Assembly: GCA_963674745.2 (NCBI GenBank)
Contig: CAXXDV010000003.1
Coordinates: 1,920,001-1,984,000 of the forward strand
Length of the DNA stretch: 64,000 bases
Reading direction: 5' to 3'
DNA from: Desulfosudaceae bacterium
GTDB taxonomy: Bacteria; Desulfobacterota; Desulfobacteria; Desulfobacterales; Desulfosudaceae
Shown here in pieces: positions 9,833-20,000 of this stretch (the first letter of the stretch is position 1; every line of letters begins with the position of its first letter). The notes beneath the pieces were generated by a model that did no database searches, had not been told where the DNA came from, and worked only from the letters and a program-made list of their open reading frames with translations. A program made the translations under genes and the position numbers.

Positions 9833-10954
9833 TCAGCCTGCCTGCCGTTCAGCGACCGCTTTTACGATCACACCAAGGTTCACCCCTGACCGCTGTATAA
9901 CCCGGCGGCATCGGGCAAACAACAACCCTGAAGCATTGGCGTTTCTCCCGGCCGATTCCCGCCCCAGCACGATCATTGCCGGGAGCAAGGTTTCCTTTAA
10001 CAACATCAGCTTGTCATGTCGTGACGCAAGGCAATTCATCCACAATATATTGCCCCAGTCTCCGATCGAACGGCCCCGTGATCTGAAGCCCAGCAAAGCC
10101 TGTTCAATACCGGAAATACTCATCTCGGAATGACAAAGCCGTGAACCTCCCGGAGGCTGAAAACAGAACATCCTGCCGAGCAGAAAAAAAGCATAGGACA
10201 ATGGTTTCTCCTGTTGAAACAAAAGAGCCCTGTCGTCCAGGCTTTTCCAGAATCCCGCGTCCCTGCCCCTGACAATCAAAAAAAAATCGACCAGCCAGAC
10301 CAGTTTTGAAAATGAATGCTTGATCATATGATGGGCCATATAGATTAAATGGGTAAATTCGTCGGGCACCCGCACAAGAGAAAACTCTTCACCCCAGGGG
10401 AGGGATTGGTTAAATATCTGTCGCTGATGCACAGGAAACAAGGCCTGCCTGCTTTTAATGCGCGATGTATGCATCAAACTGGTGTGCACATCGATCCGGA
10501 CATCATCTTTGTGAAACATCTGGGGGAACCGATGATCTGTTTTATAGCCGTTTTGTTTTAAAACTTCTTTCAGGCCCGACAAATCTTCTTTGCGGACCAG
10601 GAGATCAATGTCCTCCATGGGTCGTAGACCCGGGTCTGCATAAACGGTATCAAGTAAAGCCGCGCCTTTGAGCAGCACCACAGATATGTTTTCTGAGGCA
10701 AGAAGAGACTCAAGGATTTTAAGGTGCTCCCTTCTGAGGGTGTTCATCGCAAGCGTGGAATAATAGGCCTGTTCCAGAAAATGAAAGACGTCAGCAGGAA
10801 TGCCGTCCTGATTCGCCATCAAGCGATAGGCCAACCCCTGGAGCTGTTGTTGCGATAAAAACCGGGTAAACCCGTCCCAGGACTCGGGTGGCCTTGCGGG
10901 TTGATGCAGTAAAAGAGACAGGAGATAGTTCTGAAAACGTAAATCAGACATCAT
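9833..10954 (-). CDS. Nucleotidyltransferase family protein (NTP_transf_5-like, RiPP-associated type)
   Basis: VVLLKG...Y..PGLRPMEDIDLLV, IDVH, H..KH.F..LVWLVD; 4-bp overlap with the upstream peptidase. Confidence 0.85.
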   Translation of the reverse strand: MMSDLRFQNYLLSLLLHQPARPPESWDGFTRFLSQQQLQGLAYRLMANQDGIPADVFHFLEQAYYSTLAMNTLRREHLKILESLLASENISVVLLKGAALLDTVYADPGLRPMEDIDLLVRKEDLSGLKEVLKQNGYKTDHRFPQMFHKDDVRIDVHTSLMHTSRIKSRQALFPVHQRQIFNQSLPWGEEFSLVRVPDEFTHLIYMAHHMIKHSFSKLVWLVDFFLIVRGRDAGFWKSLDDRALLFQQEKPLSYAFFLLGRMFCFQPPGGSRLCHSEMSISGIEQALLGFRSRGRSIGDWGNILWMNCLASRHDKLMLLKETLLPAMIVLGRESAGRNANASGLLFARCRRVIQRSGVNLGVIVKAVAERQAG

Positions 10955-11475
10955 CTTACCCGTAATCTTTTCAAGACAGCCAGATATTTGACGATCAACG
11001 ATTTGAAGCGATAGTATTGTGCCCGGAAACGGTTCAAGATAATCGACCTGAGGCTAAGCATGTCGATCGAAATTAACCCTTTATGTCCCGGGCGTTCGAC
11101 AGAAACAACTCTGCCAAGACATTGTGCGGCGTCCAGGGGTAAATCCATCATATCCAGGGCATCACCTTTTGTATGCAGGATATTGTTATCACCGCCGGTG
11201 CCGTTGTTTTGAATTCTCAAAAGCCGGTGCAGCGCCATGGTTCCATTATCACGTGTACAAAGAACAACGTCCCCGGTTTTAAGCATTGCCGGGGGCACTT
11301 TCCGGATGGTGGCGATATCCCCGTCTTTAAGAGCGGGTGTCATACTGTCTCCGGTAACACGGACACGCAGATCTTTTCCGCTGGCCAGCAACGCTGATGC
11401 GAGTTCGCTCGACAGCGGATGGGTCTCGCGCGGATTGCCGGTTTCACAGGCATGATATTCATGTATTGAATTCAT
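10951..11475 (-). CDS. S24/S26 family peptidase (signal-peptidase-like, no TM anchor)
   Basis: VTGDSMTPALKDGD (catalytic Ser), LHRL, TKGDA..D; start placed at ATG 11475. Confidence 0.82.
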   Translation of the reverse strand: MNSIHEYHACETGNPRETHPLSSELASALLASGKDLRVRVTGDSMTPALKDGDIATIRKVPPAMLKTGDVVLCTRDNGTMALHRLLRIQNNGTGGDNNILHTKGDALDMMDLPLDAAQCLGRVVSVERPGHKGLISIDMLSLRSIILNRFRAQYYRFKSLIVKYLAVLKRLRVR

Positions 11476-12370
11476 TGGCGTTCTCTTGAAAAAAATCCGA
11501 GATCGAAGCATCGGCTCGAAACGTCAACTCATAAGCGGGAATCCGGCTTATCAAGTGGTCACAAAAGGCCATCATGGCGGCTGTTTTTTCTTTATCATAC
11601 CAGGGGATGGATAATACCGGCAACAATCTGCCAATCGTGTCCGAAGCGGAAAGTTCGGCCATCCTGTTCTCCGAGCCCTTGGACAAAAAAGCCATTTGCT
11701 TGAGTTCAACGCCCAGATTGACCGCGTGCCCCCCTTCCCCGGGCCACGGCGTCCCGTGCATTTGAAAGGTATGACCGGTTCTGCGGATGACGATGCGGTC
11801 ATCGCTTAACACCGCTCCAGAATTCAGGCCTGACAGATATCCGGCCAGGGTTGTCTTGCCGGCACCTGATTTTCCCGGGAAAACCCATCCCGAATTGTTT
11901 TGCGCCCATCCTGCCGCATGAACGATGACACCTTCATGATGGGCCAGAAAGTTCATCAGCATGATCTGATCCAGCGGATAGGTGACAGGATTAAGCGCCA
12001 GTGACCGCGTCTGTGTATTAATAATGTCACTGCTGCAGAACACAATGACCCGTCCGGCCTTTAAACAAAGCTGCGCCGTCCAGACCGGTTTTGCGAAAGG
12101 CGGGTATTGATCCGTAACATATAATTCGTCTTGACGAGCATAAACAGACCACGAATCCTGGCTGTCAAAAATTCGCTTGCAGCCCGTTAATTCCGGAGCA
12201 GGGTCTGCGGTCAAAATCACTTCGAGGTGTTCCTGATGGGAGCAGACGCGGTCATTATCGTCTAAGACGAACTGCCGGGAAATGTTTTGCGCCCATGCTT
12301 CTGCCGGCAACTTTAAATGACCGGTATCAACCTTCAGGGCCAGGCCTGCTATTGAAAGGATAAGTTTCAA
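11459..12370 (-). CDS. HPr kinase-like P-loop protein
   Basis: VHAAG, FPGKSGAGKTT, LSDDR, GTPWPG motifs of HprK-related kinases. Confidence 0.8.
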   Translation of the reverse strand: MKLILSIAGLALKVDTGHLKLPAEAWAQNISRQFVLDDNDRVCSHQEHLEVILTADPAPELTGCKRIFDSQDSWSVYARQDELYVTDQYPPFAKPVWTAQLCLKAGRVIVFCSSDIINTQTRSLALNPVTYPLDQIMLMNFLAHHEGVIVHAAGWAQNNSGWVFPGKSGAGKTTLAGYLSGLNSGAVLSDDRIVIRRTGHTFQMHGTPWPGEGGHAVNLGVELKQMAFLSKGSENRMAELSASDTIGRLLPVLSIPWYDKEKTAAMMAFCDHLISRIPAYELTFRADASISDFFQENANEFNT

Positions 12371-12384
12371 AGGTTTACTGGCAC

Positions 12385-12576
12385 TTATGATCCGAGGCTG
12401 AAGCAGGCGGAAGGCGCCACGCAGCTGAAGGGCGGTATGGCTGGCTGGCCTTTGCCCCCGGAGCTACTGACGTTTGTTTTGCACCCCACGGCCAGCACCT
12501 CATCGGCGACCAGCTCTATTATCTTGACGTCCGGTTTCTCATAGGGGCGCTTTTTCGGTTCGCTCTTTTCGGACAT
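12385..12576 (-). CDS. Putative RiPP precursor peptide, 63 aa
   Basis: RBS-like GAGGG; leader KRPYEKPDVKIIEL (YxxP RRE-binding type); core with 3 Cys, many Ser and a C-terminal Ser; sits between the rSAM and the kinase. Confidence 0.8.
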   Translation of the reverse strand: MSEKSEPKKRPYEKPDVKIIELVADEVLAVGCKTNVSSSGGKGQPAIPPFSCVAPSACFSLGS

Positions 12577-13678
12577 GTTCGCCCTCGACTGTCATTTGAT
12601 TAACATTTAATTTTTTTCCCATGCAACGGCCGATGCTGCAGAGATATTCTGAAATCTGTGTTTCAACACCCGTGTCCAGCCGGAAAAAAGCGGGACAGTA
12701 ACCGCAATAAGCACGATTTTCACAGGTTTTACATTCAAACTCAAGGGGAATCTTCTTTTTCCTGATGGCCGGAATCCGGTTTTGCCAACCGTCCATAAAA
12801 GATCCCTTCAAAAGATCATACCAGATATCGCTGACCATCAGGCAGGGTTTCAACCGCCCACCCGGGTCTATATGAAAATTAGTAGTGCCCGCACCGCAGT
12901 CATACAGCACATCGGAAAACGGCACCTGCGCCATCCGTTCCGCAAGCGCCCTCCATTCACCTACCATTCTTGAATCAGTCAGATTTTTTTCCGCCACCTC
13001 ATCCGGCGAAACCCGGTATGCAGCTGGAACGCGACTGCCGTCCAGGCAGGGAAATATCATACCGTCAAAACGGAACTTGATGCTGAAATTTTCAGCTACC
13101 TCTCGGATCCCATCAAATTCATGCCGGTTGATTGACATTAAAACAGTCTTCATCCGTGTCTGGACACCGGCATCAACCAATAATCGAATGCCATTCAGCG
13201 CTTTTTCCATCATGCCTGAACGGCGGGTTATCGCTTCATAGGTCGCTTCCGTTGACCCGTAGAAGGAGACCTCCACACAATTGGGCGGATATTCTTGAAA
13301 CAGCTCAATGATACGTTCGTTTATCAGGGAACCGTTGGTAAAAACGGTTACCACCAGTCCTTTTTTTTTCGCGTGGGCATAAAGGTCCGGGAAGTCTTTT
13401 CGCAGCAGGGGTTCCCCGCCGGTAAACAAAAGATATAAACAACCGGCTTCAGTAATTTCATCAATAATCGTAATCCATTGTTCCGTAGTCAGCTCTTGGG
13501 AAGTCTTATCAGGATTGTTTTTATCCGAACCCAGATAGCAATGAACGCAATCAAAGTTACATCGCCGGGTGATTTCAATATCGCCGCTGATCGGGACTCT
13601 GGCCCTCATGACCCGGCGCGCAAAAGCCATAAATGCGGATTCCGCTTCTATGTTCAATCGTTTCGGACAATCCATCAC
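12539..13678 (-). CDS. Radical SAM/SPASM domain protein (peptide maturase-like)
   Basis: CNFDCVHC (CxxxCxxC), TGGEPLL, FTNG; SPASM Cys set CGAG..IDP.G..KPC...CKTC....CGYCP...C. Confidence 0.93.
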   Translation of the reverse strand: MMDCPKRLNIEAESAFMAFARRVMRARVPISGDIEITRRCNFDCVHCYLGSDKNNPDKTSQELTTEQWITIIDEITEAGCLYLLFTGGEPLLRKDFPDLYAHAKKKGLVVTVFTNGSLINERIIELFQEYPPNCVEVSFYGSTEATYEAITRRSGMMEKALNGIRLLVDAGVQTRMKTVLMSINRHEFDGIREVAENFSIKFRFDGMIFPCLDGSRVPAAYRVSPDEVAEKNLTDSRMVGEWRALAERMAQVPFSDVLYDCGAGTTNFHIDPGGRLKPCLMVSDIWYDLLKGSFMDGWQNRIPAIRKKKIPLEFECKTCENRAYCGYCPAFFRLDTGVETQISEYLCSIGRCMGKKLNVNQMTVEGEHVRKERTEKAPL

Positions 13679-13992
13679 CGCACTTCACATATTAAATCCA
13701 GGTCAATCAACCGGTCGATGAGCTCACAGACATCGTTTCTGGCTACGGACCCGTTAACGGTAAAATTCTCTTCGACCCCATGACAGATTTGGTTTACCCG
13801 GTTTTCCCCGGATAATTGCTCCCACACAAATTCGGCAACCGGATTAAGCATGAATATCCGCTGCATATCAGCCACTTTTCCCCTGATGGGCACCAGGATT
13901 GCCTGACCGGCAATATTGCGGGAAACGATATCGGACTTTTTCTGATAAACACGATCCAGGATTGTTTCCGGGGCAGAACTGTTCATGGGCAT
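13675..13992 (-). CDS. PqqD family protein / RiPP recognition element
   Basis: IVSRNIAGQAILVP...FMLNPVAEFVWEQL...A.NDV.ELI..L....LI; RBS AGAAGGA upstream of ATG 13992 or 13986. The track's longer start overlaps the giant gene. Confidence 0.88.
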   Translation of the reverse strand: MPMNSSAPETILDRVYQKKSDIVSRNIAGQAILVPIRGKVADMQRIFMLNPVAEFVWEQLSGENRVNQICHGVEENFTVNGSVARNDVCELIDRLIDLDLICEVR

Positions 13993-14002
13993 CAATCCTT
14001 CT

Positions 14003-17000
14003 TTACCGGATCTGCAGGGCCGGGTCCCCCAGGAGGCTGTATATATCCTGCATGTAAGGATATTCCAGATTGCCCAGGGCCTGGTAACGTTCAAGGGCGC
14101 GGCTCACCGCCTGGCCGATAGTACCCGCCTTCTCATCAAATAGCACCCAGAACAATTCCTTGTTCATTCTGACAGCCTCACTGTTTATTGACAACCCGGT
14201 CGGTGACCAGGCCGCGATCATCCCCCCGCCGGATCTCAAGACCAGTTCTTCGCTGAGGGTATCCATCCAGGGATACGAAAAATCTCCCGCCAGGCAGGTC
14301 AAGGCAACGTATATCGGAAACTGACCGTTCGTCAACAGTCCCTGATGAGTGGTATTAAAAAAGTTGGACATGACGTCATAGCCGCCATGACCGATATAAT
14401 TGACCAGCCATTCACCACTGTCGACTGCGGCCACAAAGTCGTTGCGCATCTCACCGGCCGTTCGCCCCGGATAATAAAGCGTATCCACCGTAAAGCCGTT
14501 TACCAGGGCCGACACATCGTTACTGTCGGCGGGGAAATTGTTGGATATGGTGCTGTCCGGCTTATCGGCCACCATCAACACGTTGTCACGGGCGCCCGGA
14601 ACACCGGCCTCATAAGCGATAATCTTGGACACATAATCCGACATTTCGTTGATGGTTTTGACCGGAATACGACCCAGGACCACATTTGAAAGCCGGTCTT
14701 CGTCCACATCCCCGTAAATAACATCCGAGGCGTAAATACCGTAAGGCGTAAAGGTCATGACAACCGGCATCAGGTTCCGGACGCTGACGGAAAAGGTCTC
14801 GAGATTATTCTTATAGTCAAACGTACCGTCCCCGACCAGTAACACATACTGCGGAGACATGGTCCATTGGGTAAGCGCGAAATCGATAAAATCCCGGATC
14901 GCGTAAGGATCGTAAACCCCGAATGAGAACTCGTCAAGAACATCCGACAACCGGACCACCATGGGCGTCATACCCCGGCCTGACCGGTAATCAGACAGCA
15001 ACTGGGCGCCGGCGGTCAGCTCATCGGCCGCAATGATCAGATAATCGGCACGATTGGACGGATCTTTCAGGTTGGACGGTTCATCGGCCAGCAGTTCCGG
15101 TTCTTTGACGGCCGAGGGCAATAAGGCCAGATACGGCGTATCGGTGTTTTCCGGGGCCACCGTAATCCGGTTGTTGGTCGTGTCCAGGGCCGCGTTCTGA
15201 ACCCGCCTGGGTGTTTTGGTATCCGACAGATCGAACAAAGAGATATCCGGCCCGGCAAATCCCGTCACGGTAATCACGTCGTTCCCACCGGCAGTAAAAT
15301 GGAGCATATCACCAGCAGCCACATAAGACTTCTGGTAAGTCAGATCAAAGGAATCCACACCAAAGGCGTCATCGGTTGTCAGGCCGACGACCTTGACGGT
15401 ATTGGCACCCTCAACCAGGTACTGCTGATTGAACGAGAAAGTCTTTGACACCGGCTCAAAACCGCTCCAGTTCACTTCACCCAGGTTCAGCTCACTGCCC
15501 GTGCCCTGGTTCAAAATAACATCAGCCCGGTGGAGGTTGTCGCTGAAGCCATGGAAATGAACCGTCAATTCCGCCGTGAACGTATCACCGGGCGCTACGG
15601 CCGGAACATCCAGTGGGAAGGGATCAAAGCCATAAGCCGGCCCGAACTGGGGATTGCCAAGGGTAAAAATGTCCCAGAACCAGAAATCCGCTACGTCAAT
15701 GGGCACATCCGTCTTGAAAAATGTTTCTTTTTCGAAATGAACCGTGGCGGAAAAGGACTTATCTTCGCCGGTTAAGGCCGGAACATTGTCGGCCGATGTT
15801 GCCGTAAAGCCGGCCAGGGCATTCCGGATATAAGCCAGTTCAGCCATGTCCACTTTGCCGTTACCGTTGACATCGGCATCCGAAGCCGCGTAATCCGGTC
15901 GCAGATCACCGGCCGGCCGGCCGGTCATTACGTCCAGCCCGATGGCTAGATCGGCGGCGTCGATCAGGCCGTCATTGTTCAGGTCTCCCATGCCGTTGTC
16001 CGGCATCAGTTTCAGCCAGTAAACATTATGGTCGGTATAAATCGAAGAGAACGCCTCACCGTAAAAATAAATCGCCGAATAATCCGCTTCCGGATAATAA
16101 GCCACCGGTAAACCCCGGTTGGACAAACGGACTTTTCCTGCCGCAAGGGTGTCGATCACGTCAACTTCATTCACGTTCAGGGCCAGGGCCAGCTTGTCCA
16201 CGGCAACCCGGTACAGGCCGGAGGCTTCTACCCGGATCTTCACATCCCGGACGCCGGTCAACGGGCCGGGGCCCACGGAACGTTCCAGCCCGCGGTCAAA
16301 CGATTGGGTCAAGGCGGTGTTGACCGCCATTTTCGACGGCCTTACAACCGCCTCAAAGGATTTTAAACTCCCGTCCGTTTCGGTGGTCGACGAAACCAGC
16401 CGGCGATCCGTCCTTGAGAACCCCTTCCGGAAAAGGTCAGCTTCATGACGGGTATCCATGGCACCATCCACCATATCGGCCGTCACCGTGTAAGGGCCGT
16501 AACGACGCGTCTGTCCCGAGGCTTCCAGCTCAATAAGGTGATAGGTATAGGTTTCACCCGGTTTCGCCGTTGCATCGAGGCACCGGTAAACACCGCCATG
16601 CGGGAAAACCAGCGCCGGTATGGGACGATTCGTCACCCGCATCATACTTCCTTCATCACGACGCGCTACGGTAAACCCGAGGGTGCCCACCTGGGACACG
16701 GTCTCCCATTCCAGGATGACATGGCCGTTCTGAACAAATGCTTTAAAGTAAGATATTACAGCCAGTGTCGGCTTGATTTTAAAAAACCCGAAATCGATGT
16801 CATCGACATCTTCATCGGATGTGAGCGACTCATCTTCCTCACCATCAAAAGGTTCGGTGGTCCCTTCGGTTTTTTCATAAACGATTTCGTATCCATTCAG
16901 AACGCTGTTGATATCGGTAACCCGGACGGTATAATCAACCCCCGGCGCGGGCGTGGCCAACCCGGCAAATGCGTAATCTCCGGATGCATCTGTGGTCGCC

Positions 17001-20000
17001 GTCGCAATCACCACACCGTTCCTGATCAGATCTACGGTTACATTGGCCAGGCGGGGTTCTGTGCCGTCAATGATGCCGTCAACATCATCGTCTTCCCAGA
17101 GGGTGCCGGACAGGCTGCCCGGATTCAGGGTATCGTAACCGAAATCCGCTTCAAAATTGCTGACACCACCGGAAATCTGTACCCGCCGCTGGTGACCGGC
17201 AGCCGATCCATCATTATCCGTCGAGGTCAGATAAAAATCACTCAAGGCGACCTGGGTGTCGTCGATACTGACCCAGTACCAGCCGTCTGAAAGCCCGGAA
17301 AACAGATATTTGCCATTGGCATCCGTGACCAGTATTCCCAGTGAAGCACCGTCATCACCGCCCGGCTCGAAGTTACCGTCATTGTCGACATCGCGATACA
17401 GGGTAACCGTCACGTTTCTGATGCCCGGTTCATCGCCGTCCTGAACACCGTTACCAACCGTTCCGCCTCCCGCGCCATTGTCGTTAAATACCGTATCGCC
17501 AAGGCTGCGGGACAAATTATAACCAAAATGCGGAACGGAGGTGTAATCCAGGTCAACGGTCAACGTGCCGGGCATCTGGAACGACCCGGACAGGGCCGAC
17601 GGGGTGGTGCCGTAATAGCTGTTTAAAACACCCGCCTGATCCGTCACCTCCCAGGTGTAACGGACACCGGCCGGAACACCGGAAAACGTAAAATCGCCAT
17701 TGCTGTCCGTGGTTGTGGTGGCAATGAGATTAAGGCTGGCATCCAGCAGGTCCACGGTCACGCCGGCAAGGCCCCCTTCGGTTCCATCCTGAATACCATT
17801 ATCACCCGTACCTGTCGGCAAGCCGTTGTCCAGCCATACACGGTCTGAAATATCGTATGTCGTACCCGGCGTATTCTGGACGAAACCAAAATCGGCATTA
17901 AGATAGCTGTCGCCGGCATCCACATCCTGATAACTGTATATGCCGGTAATCGGAATGGTGAGATCGTATGCCGGAAGATCCGACTGGTCCACCCATACAA
18001 TATAATCCTCCGTACCGGATGCCGCGACACCTGCAAACAGATAGCGGCCGGCGGCATCCGTATCGGTTTCAATGAAGGGCTCACCTCCGTCGATGATGCC
18101 GTTACCGTTGGTGTCGGTGTAAAGCCTGACCGTAACGCCGGGCAGTCCCGGCTCTCCCGGATCACGGATACCGTCTCTGTCGGCATCACTCCAGACCAGG
18201 TCGCCGAAAAAGGCCGTGCCCGGGTCAGGCTGATACCCCAGATCGGCGTCAAGATATTCGGTCAGGGTTAAGTCGGGTATGGTGTAGGCGATATCCACAT
18301 CATCGATGTTAAAATACTCATCGGCGGCGTCCAAGCCGCTGGTGGCACGAAACCTGACGGTGGTCGTGTCAGAGGCCAGCCCCAGCGCGACCAGGTCATA
18401 TGACCGGCTGCCGCTTCCGGCCGTTCCGTCAAAAGTTTCCAGTACGGTAAAATTCGAACCGTCCGGACTGGCTTCCACCACGATCGTATCGCCGGACTCC
18501 AGATTGGCGGCTTCATAGCCGAAGCTCAGCGTGGCGCTGTTGGCGTGTTCAATATCCGCGACACGTTTGATCAGGGAACCGGCAGCGCTGTTGCTGCCGC
18601 TATACGCGATATTGACGTTATCAAGACGTACCCGGTCATTGTCATTATTCCAGGTGGAGCCGGAACGGAACCGCAGGGTAATGGTGGGGTCGGCCGGATC
18701 CCAGGCAATCGGAAAGGAATAACTGCCGTCATCGTTGTTATCCAGAACCACCAGGGGGGTATAAGAAGCACCGCCGTCAGCACTGTATTCGGCGATCACG
18801 GTTTCCCCGGCTTCAATTCCGGCGTCATCATAATCAAAGCTGACGGTCACCGAGTCCGCTCCGGTCACGGTCTGGCTTCTCAAAATGGCATCATCGACAT
18901 CGCACCGGCGTAGTTGCAGCCGATTATTATTATTCTGGAGTTGAATGGTCCCGGTGCTGTAATCCGGCGTTCCGGGGTCGTTTTCTTCGGTCCAGGGGCC
19001 GTTGTTCCAGCCGGTTCCGCCATTGTAGGTGTTGTCCGTGGTAAAGGGATCATTGGCATTTCCGCTGACAATACCCGGCCGGAACTGCAGGTCTCCGCCC
19101 GTAATCCAGATGGTCCCGGTGCCGGCGCCGGCACCGGAGGGGTCTGTTTCCACCCAGTCCCCGTTCCAGTTGGCGGTACCGTCGTCATTGTCGTAAGCGG
19201 CACTTGAAAATTCGTCCCGGTAATTTCCGGAACTGGCGGCAATGGAAAGATCAAAGGAATCGGTCCGGTTGTCGGTCCGCCCGTCGGTGGTCTGGACCAG
19301 GCCGGGCGGAAGGCCATCGGTTATCTCGACATAATAGCCTGTGTCTATTTCCACATCGGAAAACTGGTAGTAGCCGATACTGTTGGTCAGCATGGTCTGC
19401 AAAGGTGTACCGTACTGATCTTTCAAGGTCACTTTGACATTGGGGATGCCGGATTCGCCCAGATCCAGAATACCGTTTCCGTTGGCGTCAAGCCATACCC
19501 GGTCCCCCACTACGGCGCTGCTCTGGTCCGGATTGACCACCGGATCGGTGACCGAAGCGCTGACGGGGGTGAATATTTCACTGCTGGTGACCGAAGCCGT
19601 ATTGGTGATCTCCGTAATGCCCGTTGCCAGTGGATCATCTATCGTCGCCTGGAACGTAAGGATAAGGGACTGGCCGGCAGCCAGATCATAATTGTCGCCG
19701 GACAGGACAAAGCCGGGCGGATCATGCCCCGCAACGGTGGTTATCCCGCCACTGTAGGCAATATTTACATTATCGATATCACAGTATTCACCGTCGGCAT
19801 CAATCCCGCCGGAAACACGAAACTGCACCGTGGTGGCGCTTCCGATATACGAACTGATATCATAAGAAAGATCCGGTTGAGCGGTATTGTCTCCGTCAAA
19901 CGTCTGCAGGGGGGTAAACGTGGCCCCGCCGTCTGAATTGATCTCGGCCACGATCGTATCGCCGGACTCCAGATTCGCGGCGCTGTAATCAAAACTCAGG

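Noticed and set aside
9833..13992. Lasso peptide cluster interpretation
   Set aside because: There is no asparagine-synthetase-like cyclase or transglutaminase-like B2 protease, and the core has no Asp/Glu for a macrolactam.
12539..13992. PQQ biosynthesis (pqqD/pqqE)
   Set aside because: No pqqB or pqqC, and the peptide lacks the ExxxY motif.
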